From Acidilobaceae archaeon (GTDB lineage: Archaea > Thermoproteota > Thermoprotei_A > Sulfolobales > Acidilobaceae): a DNA stretch of 38,787 nt. The notes under the pieces were generated by a model. The model was given only the letters and a program-made list of their open reading frames with translations, did not search any database and was not told the origin of the DNA. Positions within the stretch are counted from its first letter, which is position 1. Every line of letters begins with the position of its first letter. A program made the position numbers and the translations under genes. The stretch is from the NCBI GenBank assembly GCA_038824665.1, contig JAWBBK010000004.1:77779-116565 (forward strand). Direction: 5' to 3'. Positions 35,771-38,787 of this stretch are shown here, in pieces.

Positions 35771-37003
35771 ATGGATTTTGTAAAAGCCTACGCTGTAACT
35801 CACCGAAAGTGTCCTATTGACAAGATCGGTCAGCTCGGAAACAGAAGAGACGAACTCTACACATATCTTAAAGGAGAAGCTCGCGGACTAGTGATATTAG
35901 CTACATGTAACAGGCTTGAAGTTTATGTGGATTCTCCCACGAACTCTTTTGAGAGCTTCTTGAAGAACGCGCTAGGAGACATGCCTTTCGAACTTTACGA
36001 AGGCCTCAACGCTATCAGACATCTCATTGAAGTAGCCTCAGGTCTCGACTCACAGATCCTAGGGGAACACGAGATAATGGGACAAGTGCGAGAAGCGTGG
36101 AGCTATGCCAAAAGGATCGGTGCTTCATCTAAGACCCTAGACTACGTATTCTCCAGAGCCCTACAGTCTGCTAAGCGGATAAGGAGAGAGACCAGAATAG
36201 GGTACGGTGTTGTGGGCTATCCTCAGGCCGGGATAGAGCTACTAGCCCTGAGACTAGGAGGTCTTAGCGGAAGGTCATTGATGATCGTTGGAGCTGGACA
36301 CGCTGGAGAAACAGCTCTAAAACATCTTTGCAAAAAGTACAAGCCTTCAAGAGTCATCATAGCTAACAGGACGCCTGAAAGAGCTACAGCTCTAACTTCT
36401 CTATGCTCTGAAGTAGAGGTCTTAGTCACAGGACTCGATAAGGTAAAAGAGTTCTCAACGAAGGTTGACGGCGTTTTCGTAGCTATATCTGGAGGGGTAA
36501 AGCTTCTCTCTGCAAGCGACGTAGAGAATTCTAAAGCGCTGATCGTAGACATCTCTACGCCTCCTGTTGTTGAGAAGGTTTACAACAAAGTCTTTTACAT
36601 GGAAGACGTGAAAGCTCTCTCCGACGAGAATTTGAAAATCAGATTAAGCGAAGTCCCTAAAGCGTATGCTATAATCGAGCAAGAACTAGAGAAAACCAGA
36701 AGGTTTCTAGAAAGAGTCCCCATAGAGCTGATGATCGCCGACTTAATGAAGAAAGCTAAAGAGCTATACATAACAGAAGCCAAAAGAGCTTCTAAGAACG
36801 GAAGAGAACTGGTCTCAGAAGAGTTTGTTGTAGTTCTTGACAGCTATATGAGGAAAGTTCTCCGACCTCTTCTTTTGTTCATGAGAACTAGGTCTACTGA
36901 TGGAAATTTAAACGTCATAAAAGATCTTTACGATCTATACGTAAATGAGCTAGAGAGGATGATAAAAGGTGAAAGTAGGAGAGTTTCCACGTATAAGACC
37001 TAG
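35771..37003 (+). CDS. hemA: Glutamyl-tRNA reductase
   Basis: LATCNRLEVY, HLIEVASGLDSQILGEHEIMGQV, IVGAG, IANRT, VDIS.P. Confidence 0.96.
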   Translation: MDFVKAYAVTHRKCPIDKIGQLGNRRDELYTYLKGEARGLVILATCNRLEVYVDSPTNSFESFLKNALGDMPFELYEGLNAIRHLIEVASGLDSQILGEHEIMGQVREAWSYAKRIGASSKTLDYVFSRALQSAKRIRRETRIGYGVVGYPQAGIELLALRLGGLSGRSLMIVGAGHAGETALKHLCKKYKPSRVIIANRTPERATALTSLCSEVEVLVTGLDKVKEFSTKVDGVFVAISGGVKLLSASDVENSKALIVDISTPPVVEKVYNKVFYMEDVKALSDENLKIRLSEVPKAYAIIEQELEKTRRFLERVPIELMIADLMKKAKELYITEAKRASKNGRELVSEEFVVVLDSYMRKVLRPLLLFMRTRSTDGNLNVIKDLYDLYVNELERMIKGESRRVSTYKT

Positions 37004-37988
37004 AAGGCTCAGACTCTCGAAAAACATTAGAGAAATCGTTGCTGAAACGAGACTTCATCCCTCTATGTTCATGCTTCCGGTCTTCCTAAATGAGAACGTA
37101 GAGAGGCCTGTAGAGACTCCTTCTCTCAAAGGTCACTACTACTACTCTCCTCAATCACCAGAGCTAGTGAAGCTGATCGGAGAGGCTCTAGACCTAGGAG
37201 TCAGGTCTTTCCTTTTGTTCGGTATACCTTCACACAAAGACTTCTATGGATCTCAAGCCTGGTCTAAAGAAGGCGTCGTCCAAAAGGCCGTTAGGTTTTT
37301 GAGAAAAGAGCTAGGATGGGAGCCTATCATCTTCTCTGACCTATGCCTCTGTGGCTATACAGACCACGGACACTGTGGAATACCGAAGCAGACAGCTAGA
37401 GGCACTGTTATAGACAACGACTCCACTCTGGAGTTCTACAGTAGGATCGCTGTAAGTCAAGCTGAAGCTGGAGTCGACTTTGTGGCTCCTTCAGGAATGA
37501 TGGATGGACAGGTCTCAGCGATCAGAAGAGCTCTAGACGAAGCTGGATTCAGCGACGTAGGCATAATGGCTTATTCAGCTAAATATGCTAGCGGATTTTA
37601 TGGTCCCTTCAGAACCGTGATGGATTCTGCTCCCAGATTCGGCGATAGAAGAAGCTATCAGATGGATCCTAGAAACGCCAGAGAGGCTCTTAAAGAAGCT
37701 ATAATGGATGTAATAGAAGGAGCCGATATAATCATGGTGAAGCCTGCTCTTGCTTATTTGGATGTGATAGCTCTGATCAAGAATAACCTTCCCCACGTTC
37801 CTTTAGCTGCCTACAACGTTAGCGGAGAGTACGCCATGGTCAAAGCAGCTGGAGCCGCTGGTGTAATAGATGAAAAGATAGTCATGATGGAAGTCCTAAC
37901 GGCTATCGCTAGAGCTGGAGCGGACATAATCATAACCTATCACGCTATAGAAGCCTCTAGAGTCATTAAGGAAGGGTTTTCGTTCTGA
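36969..37988 (+). CDS. hemB: Porphobilinogen synthase (Zn-binding type)
   Basis: RPRRLR, DLCLCGYTDHGHCG, APSGMMDGQV, YSAKYAS.FYGPFR, MVKPA, YNVSGEYAM. Confidence 0.97.
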   Translation: MKVGEFPRIRPRRLRLSKNIREIVAETRLHPSMFMLPVFLNENVERPVETPSLKGHYYYSPQSPELVKLIGEALDLGVRSFLLFGIPSHKDFYGSQAWSKEGVVQKAVRFLRKELGWEPIIFSDLCLCGYTDHGHCGIPKQTARGTVIDNDSTLEFYSRIAVSQAEAGVDFVAPSGMMDGQVSAIRRALDEAGFSDVGIMAYSAKYASGFYGPFRTVMDSAPRFGDRRSYQMDPRNAREALKEAIMDVIEGADIIMVKPALAYLDVIALIKNNLPHVPLAAYNVSGEYAMVKAAGAAGVIDEKIVMMEVLTAIARAGADIIITYHAIEASRVIKEGFSF

Positions 37989-37997
37989 GGTGAGAGC

Positions 37998-38787
37998 TTG
38001 AGTCAAAGCCGAGAGCTATTGGATAGAGCTCTACGAGTGTTTCCCGGAGGAGTTAACAGCCCCGTTAGAGCTGCCGTTAAACCTTACCCATTTTTCGTCG
38101 AAAAGGCTGAAGGCCCTTACCTGTATACTGTCGATGGAGAAAAGCTCATAGACTTAGTTCAAGCTTACGGTCCTCTCATACTGGGACATAGACATCCTCG
38201 CGTAGAAAAAGCGATCTTAGAACAACTCTCTAAAGGATGGATCTATGCCGCTCCACACGAAGTCGAGATCAAGCTAGCGGAAAAGATACTCAAGTACGTA
38301 AGACCAGGAGGAATGATAAGGTTTGTGAACAGCGGTACGGAGGCAACAGCTTTGGCGATAAGACTGGCTAGAGCTGTGACAAAAAGAAAGCTAATAGTGA
38401 AGTTCGACGGATGCTATCACGGAGCTCACGATTACGTTTTGGTGGCTACAGGTAGCGCAGCCGAACATTATGGAGTTCCAGCAAGCGAAGGAGTTCCTGA
38501 AGAAGTAGCTAAAATGACTTTGATAGCCGACTTCAACGACTTTGACAGCATTGAAAAGCTGTTCAGAGAACACGGAGACAGAATAGCTGCTGTGATCGTA
38601 GAGCCTGTATTAGGCAACATAGGAGTCGTACCTCCGAAGAAGGGCTTTTTGAAGTTCTTGAGAGAACTCACTGAGAAATACGGATCTCTTTTGATATTTG
38701 ATGAAGTGATAACTGGCTTCAGGCTATCTTTAGGAGGAGCTCAAGAGTACTTTGGAGTTAAAGCCGATATAGTGACTCTCGGCAAGA
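37998..38787 (+). CDS. hemL: Glutamate-1-semialdehyde 2,1-aminomutase, 3'-truncated by the window edge (absent from the ORF track)
   Basis: GAGGTGA then TTG 37998; reads MSQSRELL...[11 protein letters not shown]...YGPLILGH...FVNSGTEA...GCYHG...VEPV.GN...FDEVITGFR...DIVTLGK (PLP lysine) with no stop. Confidence 0.96.
   Translation, partial: MSQSRELLDRALRVFPGGVNSPVRAAVKPYPFFVEKAEGPYLYTVDGEKLIDLVQAYGPLILGHRHPRVEKAILEQLSKGWIYAAPHEVEIKLAEKILKYVRPGGMIRFVNSGTEATALAIRLARAVTKRKLIVKFDGCYHGAHDYVLVATGSAAEHYGVPASEGVPEEVAKMTLIADFNDFDSIEKLFREHGDRIAAVIVEPVLGNIGVVPPKKGFLKFLRELTEKYGSLLIFDEVITGFRLSLGGAQEYFGVKADIVTLGK

Noticed and set aside
629-38671. Many antisense or alternate-frame ORFs in the track (for example 629-1012, 6644-7132, 8758-9234, 18993-19391, 26140-26709, 28872-29609, 38468-38671)
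   Set aside because: They lie almost entirely over well-supported genes, are Ser/Leu-rich shadow translations and show no family motifs.

Overview
Gene-dense archaeal chromosomal window, most likely a thermophilic crenarchaeon (Thermoproteota). This assignment is inferred from the archaeal-type proteins, TATA boxes about 25-30 nt before TTG/GTG starts, GGTGA/GAGGTG ribosome-binding sites, a C/D box sRNA and a CdvB-like ORF. Left part: partial MptE-like gene, three CBS-domain genes (the first frameshifted), GPN GTPase, coiled-coil protein, DUF59 protein, serS, an unannotated C/D box guide RNA, a short ESCRT-III/CdvB-like ORF, UbiD decarboxylase, a two-gene TauB/TauC-like ABC module and an orphan amino-methyltransferase. 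Middle part: a split oligopeptide ABC system around tatA and an ornithine cyclodeaminase-family gene, then a four-gene module (UPF0104 flippase-like protein, PIG-A-like GT4, NodB deacetylase, membrane protein), heme O synthase, an internally deleted TnpB relic, moaA, a KaiC-like ATPase and AmrS. Right part: a siroheme-dependent heme biosynthesis cluster (ahbC, ahbD, fused ahbAB, sirC/met8-like, degenerate cbiX-like, hemA, hemB, partial hemL). No CRISPR array, tRNA or rRNA was seen. The best leads are the possible GPI-like glycolipid module, the C/D sRNA, the TnpB relic with a retained 3' RNA region and the truncated ESCRT-III-like protein. All family assignments come from motif recognition, not from database searches.
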